DNA from: an uncultured Chthonomonadaceae bacterium | Lineage (GTDB): Bacteria > Armatimonadota > Chthonomonadetes > Chthonomonadales > Chthonomonadaceae | Assembly (NCBI GenBank): GCA_963817895.1 | Contig: CAWFQB010000001.1 | Span: 1,312,001 to 1,376,000 of the forward strand | Length of the DNA stretch: 64,000 nucleotides | Direction of reading: 5' to 3' | Part shown: positions 21,478 through 31,535 of the stretch, piece after piece | How positions within the stretch are numbered: the first letter of the stretch is position 1 | Layout: every line of letters starts with the position of its first letter | Made by a program: the position numbers and the translations under genes | Notes under the pieces: model-generated | The model's input: only the letters and a program-made list of their open reading frames with translations | Database searches by the model: none | Told to the model about the DNA's origin: nothing

Positions 21478-22147
21478 GTAGGGACATAACTTGTTATTTC
21501 CTCCTACGGACGCAAATGCTTATTTTCAGTGAATCGCGTCCGAAGGACGCTTGGCGGAACGCCACTCAGACGGGTATTTTCAATACCCGGAAAAAGGTGT
21601 CCGGTAGTGAAAACTACGCATAGATAAAATCTTGCGCATAGACAAAAATTTGCTTGAAGCAGCAGGAAATAGTCTGCAAAAGGAGAATAGTACCTTTGGC
21701 GTTGCGCTTTCGGCGCAGTGTTTCGCATCCCATTCCATAACTAAACTGTTCAAAGGAGACTCTCATGTCTAACGACGACGTGCTTGCCAATCAGAAAACC
21801 ATTCTCGACAACCAGCAAACCATTCAGGACAATCAGGCCACCATCAAGGCCAATCAGGAAGAGATCAAGTCCAACCAGCAGGACATCAAGAACAATCAGG
21901 AAAAACTGGATCAGATTCTCGCCAATCAAAAAGATATTGAATCCAATCAGCAGGACATCAAGGGCAAACTGGATCAGATCCTGGCGAAGTAGGACATTCA
22001 GCGCAGCAGGGAGGCAAAGCGGTATCTTGCTTCTCTGCCAGTAGGGGCGCTGCTTGCCTCTCTGCCCGTAGGGGCGCTGCTTGCCGCGCCCTGTTTGTAG
22101 AAGCAGGACATGATTATTAAGCAGGACACAACATGTTGTGTCCCTAC
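21478..22147. repeat. Inverted pair of GTAG REPs enclosing a gene, plus two internal GTAG copies
   Basis: GTAGGGACATAAC (21478) versus GTTGTGTCCCTAC (ending 22147); GTAGGGGCGCTGCTTGCC at 22041 and 22068. Confidence 0.7.
21765..21992 (+). CDS. 75-aa NQxxIxx heptad-repeat coiled-coil protein
   Basis: AAAGGAG RBS; NQKTILD-NQQTIQD-NQATIKA-NQEEIKS-NQQDIKN...; synonymous codon variation between repeats. Confidence 0.85.
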   Translation: MSNDDVLANQKTILDNQQTIQDNQATIKANQEEIKSNQQDIKNNQEKLDQILANQKDIESNQQDIKGKLDQILAK

Positions 22148-23880
22148 GGGTGAGTTTGGTTGGGGGTGATTCCCTGACCCTCCGTAACGGTGACGATGCG
22201 GTTGCCTGCCACGTTATGCAGTATCTCCTTCTGTCCATCCGGCCAGCGTATCTCAACCGTGTCCAAAGTGGCCTGCGTTCCCAATCCCCAGTGAACGCGC
22301 GGGTCGCTGGAAGATAGATAGGATGAGGCCGGGGATACCTGCCCAATCCAGATTTGATTGCCGGATCTGCCGCGCAACTGCGCCCCATACGCGAAACGGT
22401 TTTGTCCCCTGCCGCGCAGGTCGAAGGTAATCCAGTGGTTAGCAGTTGTGGAAACGTTGCGCATCAGGACGGGCGCGCCCTCGAAATCCACAACCAGAAA
22501 ATCCATACGCCCGTCATTATCAAAATCCCCGGCGGCAAGTCCGCGCCCAAGCAGCGGCTTCGCCAGTTCACTGCCCGCCGGTGAAATCAACTGTTGGAAC
22601 TTACGCCCGTTCTCATTGCGAAACAGTAGAAGGGGTTGACGGAATGTGGAGCCGGGATCGGTGCGGCTGATGGCGTCGTAAACGTGGCCTGCGGTGAACA
22701 CAAGGTCGGGCCAGCCGTCGTTGTCCATGTCCAGCCATTTGGTTCCGAAACCGAGCGGCTTGAAGGTGGGAACGCTCAGGCCCGTCGCGTCGTTCGCCTG
22801 CTCGAAGGTCGCCTGCCCCGTGTTGTGAAATATGGCAAAAGATTCATCCGAGAACGCGGTGACAACCAGGTCGGGGCGGCCATCCCGGTCGTAATCGCCC
22901 CAATCCGCGCCCATCGCGGCAATCGCATGATCCAGCGAACCATACGCCACGCCGCTTTCCACGCCGATATTGCGAAAATGCAGGCTGCCCTCATTGCGCA
23001 TCAGTTCGGCGGGCGTGCCGTCGTTGCCGATGTAAAAGTCCATGCGCCCGTGATCGTCGGGATCGCCAAACGCCACCACCAGCGCTTTGCCGTGCGTCTG
23101 CTTCATGCCGGAACGGGCGGTCACGTCCCGAAAATGTCCGCCCCCGATGTTTTCCCACAATTCGCCGAATTCCGGTTTGTAGGTGGAGGGCGGGCAGCCG
23201 GTTTGAATTCCGGGCGCGGGCGAACAGTATTGCATTTCCCCCGGCCCGAAAACGACATAGTTCAATACAACCAGATCGAGCCTGCCATTTCCCGCCAAAT
23301 CCATAAATCCCACGCTGCTGCCCCAGTGGTTGCGGTTATGCGGGTCCAGTCCCGCCCCACTCGTGGTGTTGACAAACCCTTTCACAGGGTCATTGCGCAG
23401 GAGGGCAAGGCAACGGTAGCCGGTCAGCAGTATGTCGAGACGGCCATCCCCGTCGTAATCCCCGACCGCGCAGCCTGTCCAGTAACCCTGAACTTTGGAC
23501 AGACCGACAGATTCGGTAACATCGGCAAAGCGCCCGTTGCGCAGGTTGTGGTACAAACGGCAATGAGGGCGAGCAACCAGCAGAATATCCTGCCAGCCGT
23601 CGTTGTCATAGTCCAGAAACGCGCAGCCGCTGCCGAAGGCTTCCAGACTGCGCATGGGGCGCGGTTGCGCGGGCCAAACATAGCCCAATCCGGCGGAGGC
23701 AGAGACGTTTTCAAAACCAATGCCATTCCAGGAGGTAGAAGCGGGCGGCGTAACAGGAGCGAGAACAGAAGCGGGAGCAGATGAATGGCGGCATCCTCCG
23801 CATAGGAGAAGCAGCCCCAAAATCAGGAGCCAGAGCGCGTGGCAGCCGCGAACCTGCCGGTAGGTTCGTATCGTAAACAT
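22144..23880 (-). CDS. CRTAC1-family (FG-GAP/VCBS + ASPIC-UnbV) lipoprotein
   Basis: Repeated DYDNDGWQDI / GDYDGDGRLDI / GDFDNDGRMD; SSYLSSSDPRVHWGLG...IRWPDG; LLLLCGGC lipobox-like. Confidence 0.92.
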   Translation of the reverse strand: MFTIRTYRQVRGCHALWLLILGLLLLCGGCRHSSAPASVLAPVTPPASTSWNGIGFENVSASAGLGYVWPAQPRPMRSLEAFGSGCAFLDYDNDGWQDILLVARPHCRLYHNLRNGRFADVTESVGLSKVQGYWTGCAVGDYDGDGRLDILLTGYRCLALLRNDPVKGFVNTTSGAGLDPHNRNHWGSSVGFMDLAGNGRLDLVVLNYVVFGPGEMQYCSPAPGIQTGCPPSTYKPEFGELWENIGGGHFRDVTARSGMKQTHGKALVVAFGDPDDHGRMDFYIGNDGTPAELMRNEGSLHFRNIGVESGVAYGSLDHAIAAMGADWGDYDRDGRPDLVVTAFSDESFAIFHNTGQATFEQANDATGLSVPTFKPLGFGTKWLDMDNDGWPDLVFTAGHVYDAISRTDPGSTFRQPLLLFRNENGRKFQQLISPAGSELAKPLLGRGLAAGDFDNDGRMDFLVVDFEGAPVLMRNVSTTANHWITFDLRGRGQNRFAYGAQLRGRSGNQIWIGQVSPASSYLSSSDPRVHWGLGTQATLDTVEIRWPDGQKEILHNVAGNRIVTVTEGQGITPNQTHP

Positions 23881-24152
23881 AGGTTTCAAAACTTCCGGTG
23901 GATTACGCGAAACAATTACCTTCCGGGTACGGGGCTTTGTCGGAATTTTTCCGCAAGCGCAAATGCCCGCTGCCGAAGGATTCCGACAGCGGGAAGAGCG
24001 TATAGATATTGCAAACCGCGCCTGCGATATATCAGGTCCAATACACTGCGGCGTAAATACGCGCAGTTTTCCATTCGCAGGACGGTTAGCCGGAGGACTG
24101 ATAACCGGCGTTTGCGCGTCGGAATCCAGACGCAGGCTTATGCCACAGCGTA

Positions 24153-24392
24153 CTAGTGACCACCAGATGTGGGCATTCCACCGGAGCGTGGCTGTCCGCT
24201 CCCGCCGCGCGCCGCTTTCTGCGCATAGTTGGGATCGGACGTGGTATTGTTGACTGCGCCCGCCTTCTGGCCGCCCGCATAACCGGTAGCCGGAGCCTCG
24301 GAAGCGGGTTTGCCGCAACCTGTCAACAGCGCGGAGGACGCGCCCAATGCAAGGATGCCCATTATCACAGGGGCGAAAGCGTGTTTCTTCAT
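24153..24392 (-). CDS. Small lipoprotein
   Basis: MKKHAFAPVIMGILALGASSALLTGC signal/lipobox; Gly-rich tail. Confidence 0.7.
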   Translation of the reverse strand: MKKHAFAPVIMGILALGASSALLTGCGKPASEAPATGYAGGQKAGAVNNTTSDPNYAQKAARGGSGQPRSGGMPTSGGH

Positions 24393-24520
24393 GATTGTCT
24401 CCATTTCTTCGGAAAGTCAGACGCCGCAACGCATCTTTCAGGCGACTTGATTAACTATACCCGAACAAGATTGCTGATTACTACGCGCGCAAGCCCCATC
24501 TTGTTTCTAAACGGAACCAA

Positions 24521-24633
24521 TACTCAGGTATTCAGGTATTCAGGTATTCAGGTGTTCGGCTGACAGCCCTCTTCCACCAAAGTAGATATGGAATTTCGTA
24601 TTCCCTGAACACCTGAATACCTGAATACCCGAA
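24521..24633. repeat. Palindromic short-tandem-repeat element (CAGGTATT units)
   Basis: (caggtatt)3-caggtgttc ... gaacacctgaatacctgaatacc. Confidence 0.85.
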
Positions 24634-24654
24634 CCCCCAACACCGGAGTTGATT

Positions 24655-25131
24655 ATGCCCGATATGCTGGTACAACTGCTGAAATTGCCACCCTTAGAAC
24701 CGTTGCTGACCGACTTGCGAACGCGGGGCGTAATTGTTCGCCGCGCGCATCCGTTTGAAAGTACAGCCATACGGCAGTTCATCGAGAAAAACTTTTCCAC
24801 AGGATGGGCGGATGAAGTCATGCCCTGCTATGCCCGCCAACCCATCAGTCTGTGGATCGCCATTCGCGGCGGCAAAGTAATCGGCTTCGGCGCGTATGAG
24901 GCCACCCGGCGCAATTTCTTCGGGCCGACGGGCGTGTTGGAAGCCGAGCGCGGCAACGGAATCGGTAAAGCTTTGCTGCTCGCCTGCCTGCACGGAATGC
25001 GCGATATGGGCTACGCCTACGGCATCATCGGCGGCGTCGGCCCCATTCCCTTCTATGAAAAAGCGGTCGGCGCAACCCTCATCCCCGATAGCATACCGGG
25101 AATCTATGCGGATATGCTGAAAAAGAGTTGA
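24655..25131 (+). CDS. GNAT-family N-acetyltransferase
   Basis: FFGPTGVLEAERGNGIGKALL, FYEK. Confidence 0.88.
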   Translation: MPDMLVQLLKLPPLEPLLTDLRTRGVIVRRAHPFESTAIRQFIEKNFSTGWADEVMPCYARQPISLWIAIRGGKVIGFGAYEATRRNFFGPTGVLEAERGNGIGKALLLACLHGMRDMGYAYGIIGGVGPIPFYEKAVGATLIPDSIPGIYADMLKKS

Positions 25132-25155
25132 AACCACGGAAGACACGGAGGGAGA
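25131..25155 (+). repeat. Left arm (CACGGAG-type tandem repeat), inverted partner at 26932-26963
   Basis: AAACCACGGAAGACACGGAGGGAGA. Confidence 0.65.
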
Positions 25156-25163
25156 TAATCAGG

Positions 25164-25373
25164 TTAGTAACCATCAGGACGAGCGGCCTGATGGAATTCT
25201 CGCCACAGCGCCATCGTTTGCTGAACGGCTTCCTCAGGCGTCTTGCCTGCCTCACGAAAAGCGGCATATGCCTGCTGTACCACCGCGTAACGGGGAAGCC
25301 ATTGTAAGGCTTCCTCATCGGTTTGTATTGGTTCTCCGGGCTGTAGAGAGTGTGTTTTGTTTTCTGGCGTCAT
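25164..25373 (-). CDS. Small hypothetical protein
   Basis: 69-aa helical-looking ORF MTPENKTH...AARPDGY; no family recognised. Confidence 0.5.
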   Translation of the reverse strand: MTPENKTHSLQPGEPIQTDEEALQWLPRYAVVQQAYAAFREAGKTPEEAVQQTMALWREFHQAARPDGY

Positions 25374-25593
25374 CGTAACCCTGACCACTTTCTTTAGCAA
25401 GAAGCCTAAGTATAAGGGCAGGGTCTCATAGATACCGTTATAATTATACGTGACACTTTCTTTTGATATAGAGTTCCCTTTATTTTATCTTCGCCTGTAT
25501 TATCGGCAAATCTGCCTGTATTCTGACGAACCTTGTTCGTCCTGGCGGCTATCTAAGGTGACGTGTGTCCTGCAAAGCTCTTCACTCCTGCTT

Positions 25594-26787
25594 TCACATG
25601 TCTGACAGGGATGTGTTCGCTGTCAGCGGAAGGGTAAAGGAGAAGACGCTGCCTTTACCCGGTTCGCTGTCCACGTTGATGCTGCCGCCATGCGCTTCCA
25701 CCGCCAGTTTGCAGAACGTCAGGCCCAGACCGGTACTCACATGTCGCCCCGCCCTCCGGTTTTCCACCTGGCCAAACTTCTCGAAGATACGCCCGAAGGC
25801 TTCGGGCGGAATGCCTTCCCCTGTGTCGGTGACAGCAAACAGCAGGCTACGCTTGTCTTCTGCCTGCCGCGCTTCAATCGTTACCGTGCCGCCGGCCGGG
25901 GTGAACTTGATGGCATTTCCGAGCAGATTGACCAGAGTACGGCATAGCTTGTCCGCATCTCCCTGAAAGAGCGGGGGGTCCGGCCCGATTTTCGCCTCCA
26001 GCGTCAGGCCGTTGCCTTCAGCCAGGGAGACCACCTGGCTGATGGCGGAAGCAATCAGTCCGCCGGGAGACAGCGCGGCATAATCCAACTGCATTTCGCC
26101 GCTTTCCATCTTCTCCACGTCCAGCAGCGTGTTGATCATGCCCAGCAGCATCTGCCCGCCCATAATGGCAAGGTGTACAATCTCCTGCTGTAGCATATTC
26201 AGATCGTTGTCCCCTTCGAGCAGCTGCATGGCTGTAATGACTGAACTCAGGGGCGTGCGCAGATCATGAACCATCATGTTCGTCAGGTCGTCACGCATCC
26301 TTTCAAGTTCCTGCAGCCGCCCATAGCTTTCCTGTAGCTTGTCGGTGAAGAGAACCTCAATGTCATGGACGCGCCGCAGTTCGGTAACATCTTCAATAGC
26401 TAACACCAACAACTCTCTGTGATCGCCCGTCTTCAGCTTGCGGGCGTTGAGGAGCATCACGCGCCGCCCAATCGTTGGAAACGTATGTGCCAGTTCAAAA
26501 TCGTTGAAGACGGATTGCGCGGGAATAATGTCCTCGAGCAGAGTGCGCAGCGCGGGAATGTCCCACTGACCGTTGCCCAGTTCGTAAATCAGACGGTTCT
26601 CCGTTTCAACAGGAGAAACTTGAAAGGTCTGGTAAAAAGCGCGATTGGCGGAGTGGACGCGCAGCGTCGTATCCAGCATCAACAAGGGTTCGCGCACCGT
26701 GTCTACGATGTTCTGGGCGAAGTTTTGTATCGCCTCAACCTGTATGGTTTGTTTCATTTGTTTGTCGCCAGGTTGGCAAGTGTTCAT
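25594..26787 (-). CDS. Cytoplasmic PAS-domain sensor histidine kinase (orphan)
   Basis: IVDTVREPLLMLD PAS; HDLRTPL H-box; NLLGNAIKFT, DTGEGIP, GLGL; GGAGA RBS. Confidence 0.93.
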   Translation of the reverse strand: MNTCQPGDKQMKQTIQVEAIQNFAQNIVDTVREPLLMLDTTLRVHSANRAFYQTFQVSPVETENRLIYELGNGQWDIPALRTLLEDIIPAQSVFNDFELAHTFPTIGRRVMLLNARKLKTGDHRELLVLAIEDVTELRRVHDIEVLFTDKLQESYGRLQELERMRDDLTNMMVHDLRTPLSSVITAMQLLEGDNDLNMLQQEIVHLAIMGGQMLLGMINTLLDVEKMESGEMQLDYAALSPGGLIASAISQVVSLAEGNGLTLEAKIGPDPPLFQGDADKLCRTLVNLLGNAIKFTPAGGTVTIEARQAEDKRSLLFAVTDTGEGIPPEAFGRIFEKFGQVENRRAGRHVSTGLGLTFCKLAVEAHGGSINVDSEPGKGSVFSFTLPLTANTSLSDM

Positions 26788-26931
26788 GTTTCTCCATTCG
26801 CCAGCGGAACCGCGCATCCGGTCTGCACATTGAATGCGTCTACCCACGCCATGAGACGCCCGCCCGGAGTTCTCTCGGCGATTGTAACTGCGCCCGCCAA
26901 TCGGAGTTCCATACCCGGCCTCATTTTTGAT

Positions 26932-26963
26932 TCTCCCCGTGTTCTCCGCGTTCCCCGTGGTTT
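26932..26963 (-). repeat. Right arm, inverted relative to 25131-25155
   Basis: Reverse complement AAACCACGGGGAACGCGGAGAACACGGGGAGA. Confidence 0.65.
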
Positions 26964-26978
26964 ACTCCTCTGCCGTTT

Positions 26979-28116
26979 CTATTTCCCCGCCGTACCCGAT
27001 GCGCCTGTCAGCGTATCCGTAGGCAGGGCAATAGTGCTGGTGATTTTGGCGTGTTTGCGCAGGTCGGCGAGGAACGGCGTGACGCGCTTTTCCACGATCT
27101 GCTTCCATCCCGCGTCGCGCTGACTGGCGGGAATATCGGTTCCGCGCTTTTCCACCAGAAAGACGTACCAGCCGTCTTTGGTTCGTAGCGGAGCGCTTAC
27201 TTCGCCGGGTTTGAGGCGGAAGATGGCGTCCTCTATCTCTTTCGTGCCGGTGCCGCGCAGTGCCGCGCCGCGCAGGCCGCCCGTTGTCCGGGTTTCGTCC
27301 TCGTTGTGCGATTTGGCGACATCCGCGAACGGCTTTGCCGGCCTTCACTTCCGCCGCCCAAGTCTGAACGCGCTCTTTGGCGGCGGCAAACTCCTGCGCG
27401 TTCTGCTTTTCGTCCGTGCCCACATTCGCGCCCGCAAACAATTCCCGCAATATCACCCAATCGTCCGCGCCGATAGCGTGTCCGTTGCGCGCCGCGATGC
27501 TTTTGGCAAGCAGGCGTTCGCCCCGCAATCGGAACGCCATTTCGTCCAGAAAGATGTCGCGCGGCACGCGGAATTGCGCCAGTATCTCTTCATCCGGGGC
27601 TTTGATGTTCTTCTGCGCCCGCACCTGATCCATCAACTCATGTCCGGCCTGCACCGCTCTCCTCGCCGTGACCGTAATCCCCTGCCGTTTGGCTTCGCGG
27701 GCGACCAGGCGGTTCGTGACCAGATTGGAAAGATAGGTCGCGTAATCGCTTGCCGGCCCGCTGTACAGAGCTTTGTAAATGTCGGCTTCCGTCACGGTAT
27801 AATTGGGCGCGACACTGCCTGCCGCCCGCATCCGGTTCAACAAAATCATGCCGAGCGGGCGGTTCGCCAGATTATCCACCTTGAGCCACAGGTTGGTCAA
27901 GTCGCGCCGCGTAATCGCTTCGCCGTCTACGGTGGCGAGAACGTCGGAACCTCGGAGGGTTCCCTGATTTTCGATTTTCGATTTTCGATTTTCGATTTTC
28001 GAAGTGGTTGTTTTGTGGGCGGCGGGATTGTCGGCGCGGGCGAAAACAGGAACGGCGCAGGCGAGCGTCAGCAATACGGCAGACATATTATAAGGGAAGC
28101 GTAGCGAGCAGGGCAT
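26979..28116 (-). CDS. PrsA/SurA-like parvulin peptidyl-prolyl isomerase, secreted; frameshift near 27335
   Basis: Signal peptide; VLATVDGEAIT. The shifted frame gives KPFADVAKSHNED...GG...EDAIFRLKPGEVSAPLRTKDGWYVF. Confidence 0.85.
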
Positions 28117-28243
28117 GGGCGCGAAAACTCCTTGAAGAATTGGGTATTGCAACAAGTCTACCCTACACATTGTATAATAGAATAGACGCGAACGGGAACA
28201 GGTTCGTCAAAAGAAATGTACAGCATTGAAAGGGAACGCAGGG

Positions 28244-28951
28244 ATGATTGACCCGGAAGTGATTGCGCGGGTTGCGGAGCGCAAGATACAGGAAGCGATT
28301 GAAGAGGGCAAGTTCGACAATCTGCCGGGAAAAGGCAAGCCCATCGTGTTTGAAGAGGATGCCGGCGTTCCGCTGCACATCCGCATGGCGAACAAAGTGC
28401 TGAAAAACGCGGGCGGCCTGCCGGATTGGGTGATGGTGCAGCGCGATATTCTTGCCGAGCAGCAGGAAATCACGATCCTTCGCGCCCGATTGATTCGCGA
28501 AGGCGAGGCGAAGCGCAGCCATCTTGCGCATCTGCCCTCGTCCCATGCGCAGGTGACGCGGTTTGTAGAATGGCATGCCCGGTCACGCGCCAACCTTCTG
28601 CGTAAACTGAAAAGCGTCAACACGTCCATTCTGAAGTTTGCCATGACCGCTCCTTCGAACGCGCCCTCCTACGCTTCCTACAAAATCGAGCGTGAAATGG
28701 CCGAATTTGATGCCGCTTTCCCAACGCTGCAACAGGCCGCGCATCTGCCCGCGCCCGATGTAGATGTGGACAGCAAATTGAAGAATCTGGCGCGCGAACG
28801 TTACCGGCAGGGCGGCGGTGAAGTGAGCGTGTGGGCAAAGGCCGCAAGCCTGTTCGGGCTTGGCGGTTCTCCCGCTTCGGACAACGTGGGCGGCTACGAA
28901 AACGAGGACATCAAACGCGCCGACCTGCCTGATAACTACAACAGAGAATAA
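28244..28951 (+). CDS. DUF1992 (DnaJ-family-related) protein
   Basis: AERKIQEAIEEGKFDNLPGKGKP...LKNAGGLPDW. Confidence 0.85.
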   Translation: MIDPEVIARVAERKIQEAIEEGKFDNLPGKGKPIVFEEDAGVPLHIRMANKVLKNAGGLPDWVMVQRDILAEQQEITILRARLIREGEAKRSHLAHLPSSHAQVTRFVEWHARSRANLLRKLKSVNTSILKFAMTAPSNAPSYASYKIEREMAEFDAAFPTLQQAAHLPAPDVDVDSKLKNLARERYRQGGGEVSVWAKAASLFGLGGSPASDNVGGYENEDIKRADLPDNYNRE

Positions 28952-29072
28952 TTTTCGTAATAAAGCGCCTCCCTCTCCTGGCGCGATGCGCGGCAAGGAG
29001 AGGGCCGGGGTGAGGTAAATCGAAGCCTGTCGGTGAGGAGAGTTTTTGAATACAGTTGTCCCTGCCTCTGCC

Positions 29073-30057
29073 ATGCGGTTTATGCGAGAGTTTGGGCTGC
29101 GCGTACCCATTGTGCAGGCTCCCACAGGCAGCATTGCCGGACCGGAACTGGCGATTGCCGTTGCCGAAGCGGGCGGCATGGGGGCACTCGCGCTGACGTG
29201 GACAAACCCGGAACAGGCAGCCTATTATGTGCGGCAGGCGCGGAAAGCGACAGGCGGCGCGTTTCTGGTCAATTTCGCGCTCGCGTTTCCGCCGAAGGCT
29301 CTAAACGCGGTTCTGGAAGCGGGCGCGAATATCATTTCATTTTCGTGGGGCGACCCGGAACCCTATCTTGGACAGATACGACAATTCGGCGCGAAGTGGG
29401 GCGTTCAAGTGACAAATGTAGCCGGAGCAAAACGGGCGTTGGATTTGGGCGCGGATTTTCTGGTTTGTCAGGGAGTAGAAGCGGGCGGGCATGTGCAGTC
29501 TGCCATCTCCGTTGCGCGAACTGCTGCCGCGCATTATGGACATTGCCGGAAATATGGGCGGAGTTCCGGTTCTGGCGGCGGGCGGACTGGCAACGGGACA
29601 CGACATTGCGCAGGTTTTGCAAATGGGCGCGGCAGGCGCGATACTGGGAACGCGCTTTGTCGCCACGAAGGAGAGCCGCGCGCATGAGGATTATAAACAA
29701 CGGCTTGTGCAGGCGAAAAGTGACGATACCGCCCTGACGGTGTGCTTTGACGGCGGATGGCCGCAGGCGATGCACCGCGTTTTACGCAATACGACGCTGG
29801 AAAATTGGGAAGCGGCAGGCAGTCCGCCTGTTGGACAACGCCCCGGCGAGAACGAAATAGTGGGCGCGACGGCAAGCGACGAATCCATCTTCCGCTATGA
29901 AGACACGGCTCCGCGTCAGGGATTTACGGGCGACATTGAGGCCATGTGCCTGTACGCCGGAACCGGCTGCGGGCAAATCAACGATATACCCGCCGCGCAG
30001 GATGTTGTCCGGCAATTGTGGGAAGAAACTATGCAATGTCTCCGTTCAGGGCGTTGA
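29073..30057 (+). CDS. Nitronate monooxygenase / FabK-like flavoprotein; frameshift near 29506
   Basis: PIVQAP, QGVEAGGH, PVLAAGG, GTRFVATKES, LYAG across two overlapping ORFs. Start approximate. Confidence 0.88.
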
Positions 30058-30348
30058 GGCAATACACTGTGCCGCAAACCCCACAAAGGATGCCAGACTT
30101 CCGAGCAAACAGAACCAGTCCGTCCTGTTGTCCGGCGTTTCCGCCAGTAACCGGCCATGCCTGCGAATCATGTAAACCCCCAACAGCAAAAATCCCGGCA
30201 CAATCCACCACACCTCGTTATGATGCTCCCCGCGAAAGTGTATCCCCATCAGCTTTTGCGCGGCCACGAATAGAGCGCCCCCAACCAGAAACATTCCCTG
30301 CCCGCGATTGGCGGTATATTGTGTATTTTTTTGCGCGTAAGGTGTCAT
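30046..30348 (-). CDS. Small membrane protein (about 3 TM)
   Basis: GGGAG RBS; three hydrophobic segments. Confidence 0.55.
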   Translation of the reverse strand: MTPYAQKNTQYTANRGQGMFLVGGALFVAAQKLMGIHFRGEHHNEVWWIVPGFLLLGVYMIRRHGRLLAETPDNRTDWFCLLGSLASFVGFAAQCIASTP

Positions 30349-30469
30349 GGACGTCTCCCGGCGGCAGGCGCGTAACAAGGGTTGACTTGGTAACAAAATA
30401 GAAACCCTCCTGTGCCGCCCTCTTGATAGTACCCTTTTTTGCCGATAACTTTGCGGAAAGGAGATTGCC

Positions 30470-31406
30470 ATGCGCCTTGTTACCCGTTCGGATTTTGATG
30501 GACTTGTTTGCGCCGTGCTGATCAAACAGGTCGAGCAGTTGGACGAGATTAAATTTGTTCACCCCAAAGACCTTCAGGATGGCGACTTTGAGGTACGCCC
30601 CGACGATATTTTCGCCAATGTGCCGTATATGCCCGGCTGCGGCCTGTGGTTCGATCATCATGCCATCGGAACTGAAGCGCGTGGTGGGCAAGAGGAATTC
30701 AAGGGCGTTTGCCGCCTCGCGCCCAGCGCCGCCCGCGTCGTGTACGACTATTATGGCGGCGCGGAACGCTTTCCCGGCATCGAAGAGATGATGCGCGAAG
30801 TGGACAAGGCGGACTCGGCGCAGTTCACCCGCGAGGAGATTCTGCATCCGACCGGCTGGCCGCTGCTCTCCTTTGTCATGGACGCGCGCACCGGTCTGGG
30901 CCGGTTCCGCGATTATCGTATCAGCAATTATCAACTGATGTTCGAGCTGATTGACGCCTGCACGCGCATGAGCATTGAAGAAATTTTGCAAATGCCTGAC
31001 GTGCAGGAGCGGGTTGTAGCGCTACTTCGAGCAGAACGCGCTGTTTCAGGACATGCTGCGCCAACACTCGTACACCAGCGGCAATGTGGTCGTCACGGAT
31101 TTGCGCGGCGTAGACCCAATCCATTCCGGCAACCGCTTCCTCGTCTACGCGCTGTACCCGGAGCAGAATACGTCCATCTGGATCGTCAACGGCAGGGGCA
31201 ACCAGAACTGCGTGTTCGCCTGCGGCCACAGCATCCTCAACCGAACGTCGCAAACGCACATCGGCGCGCTGATGCGCGACCACGACGGCGGCGGACACGA
31301 AGCGGCGGGAACCTGCCAGGTTCCCCACGAGGAGGCGGAAGCCACGCTGCGAAACCTGCTGGCCGTGATGCACAGCGATGAAGCGGCCCTGCTCGCCGCC
31401 GCCTGA
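30470..31406 (+). CDS. DHH-family phosphoesterase (NrnA/exopolyphosphatase-like); frameshift near 31016
   Basis: RSDFDG, WFDHH, APSAAR, VDKADS, then GGGHEAAGTCQ in the second frame. Confidence 0.9.
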
Positions 31407-31412
31407 ATACGT

Positions 31413-31529
31413 TTTCACCACAGAGACACAGAGACACAGAGGTTTCACAGAGGAGAGAAGAAAAGAAGGAGGCGTAAATCTCTTCCTCTTTTCATTTCTC
31501 TGTGACCCCTCTGTGTCTCTGTGGTGAAA
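31413..31529. repeat. Palindromic short-tandem-repeat element (CACAGAGA units), empty
   Basis: TTTCACCACAGAGACACAGAG... and ...CTCTGTGTCTCTGTGGTGAAA, between convergent genes. Confidence 0.85.
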
Positions 31530-31535
31530 TAATTT

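Noticed and set aside
22030..22095. CRISPR array
   Set aside because: Only two adjacent 27-bp copies with no unique spacers and no cas genes; better explained as GTAG REPs.
22636..23784. Long antisense ORFs (this one, 20116-21021, 44666-45763, 9820-10869 and similar)
   Set aside because: Shadows of well-supported opposite-strand genes, expected from high-GC codon bias.
23881..24429. N-terminal 183 aa of the 761-aa ORF
   Set aside because: Overlaps a better small lipoprotein gene in another frame; the lipoprotein-like signal begins after 23880.
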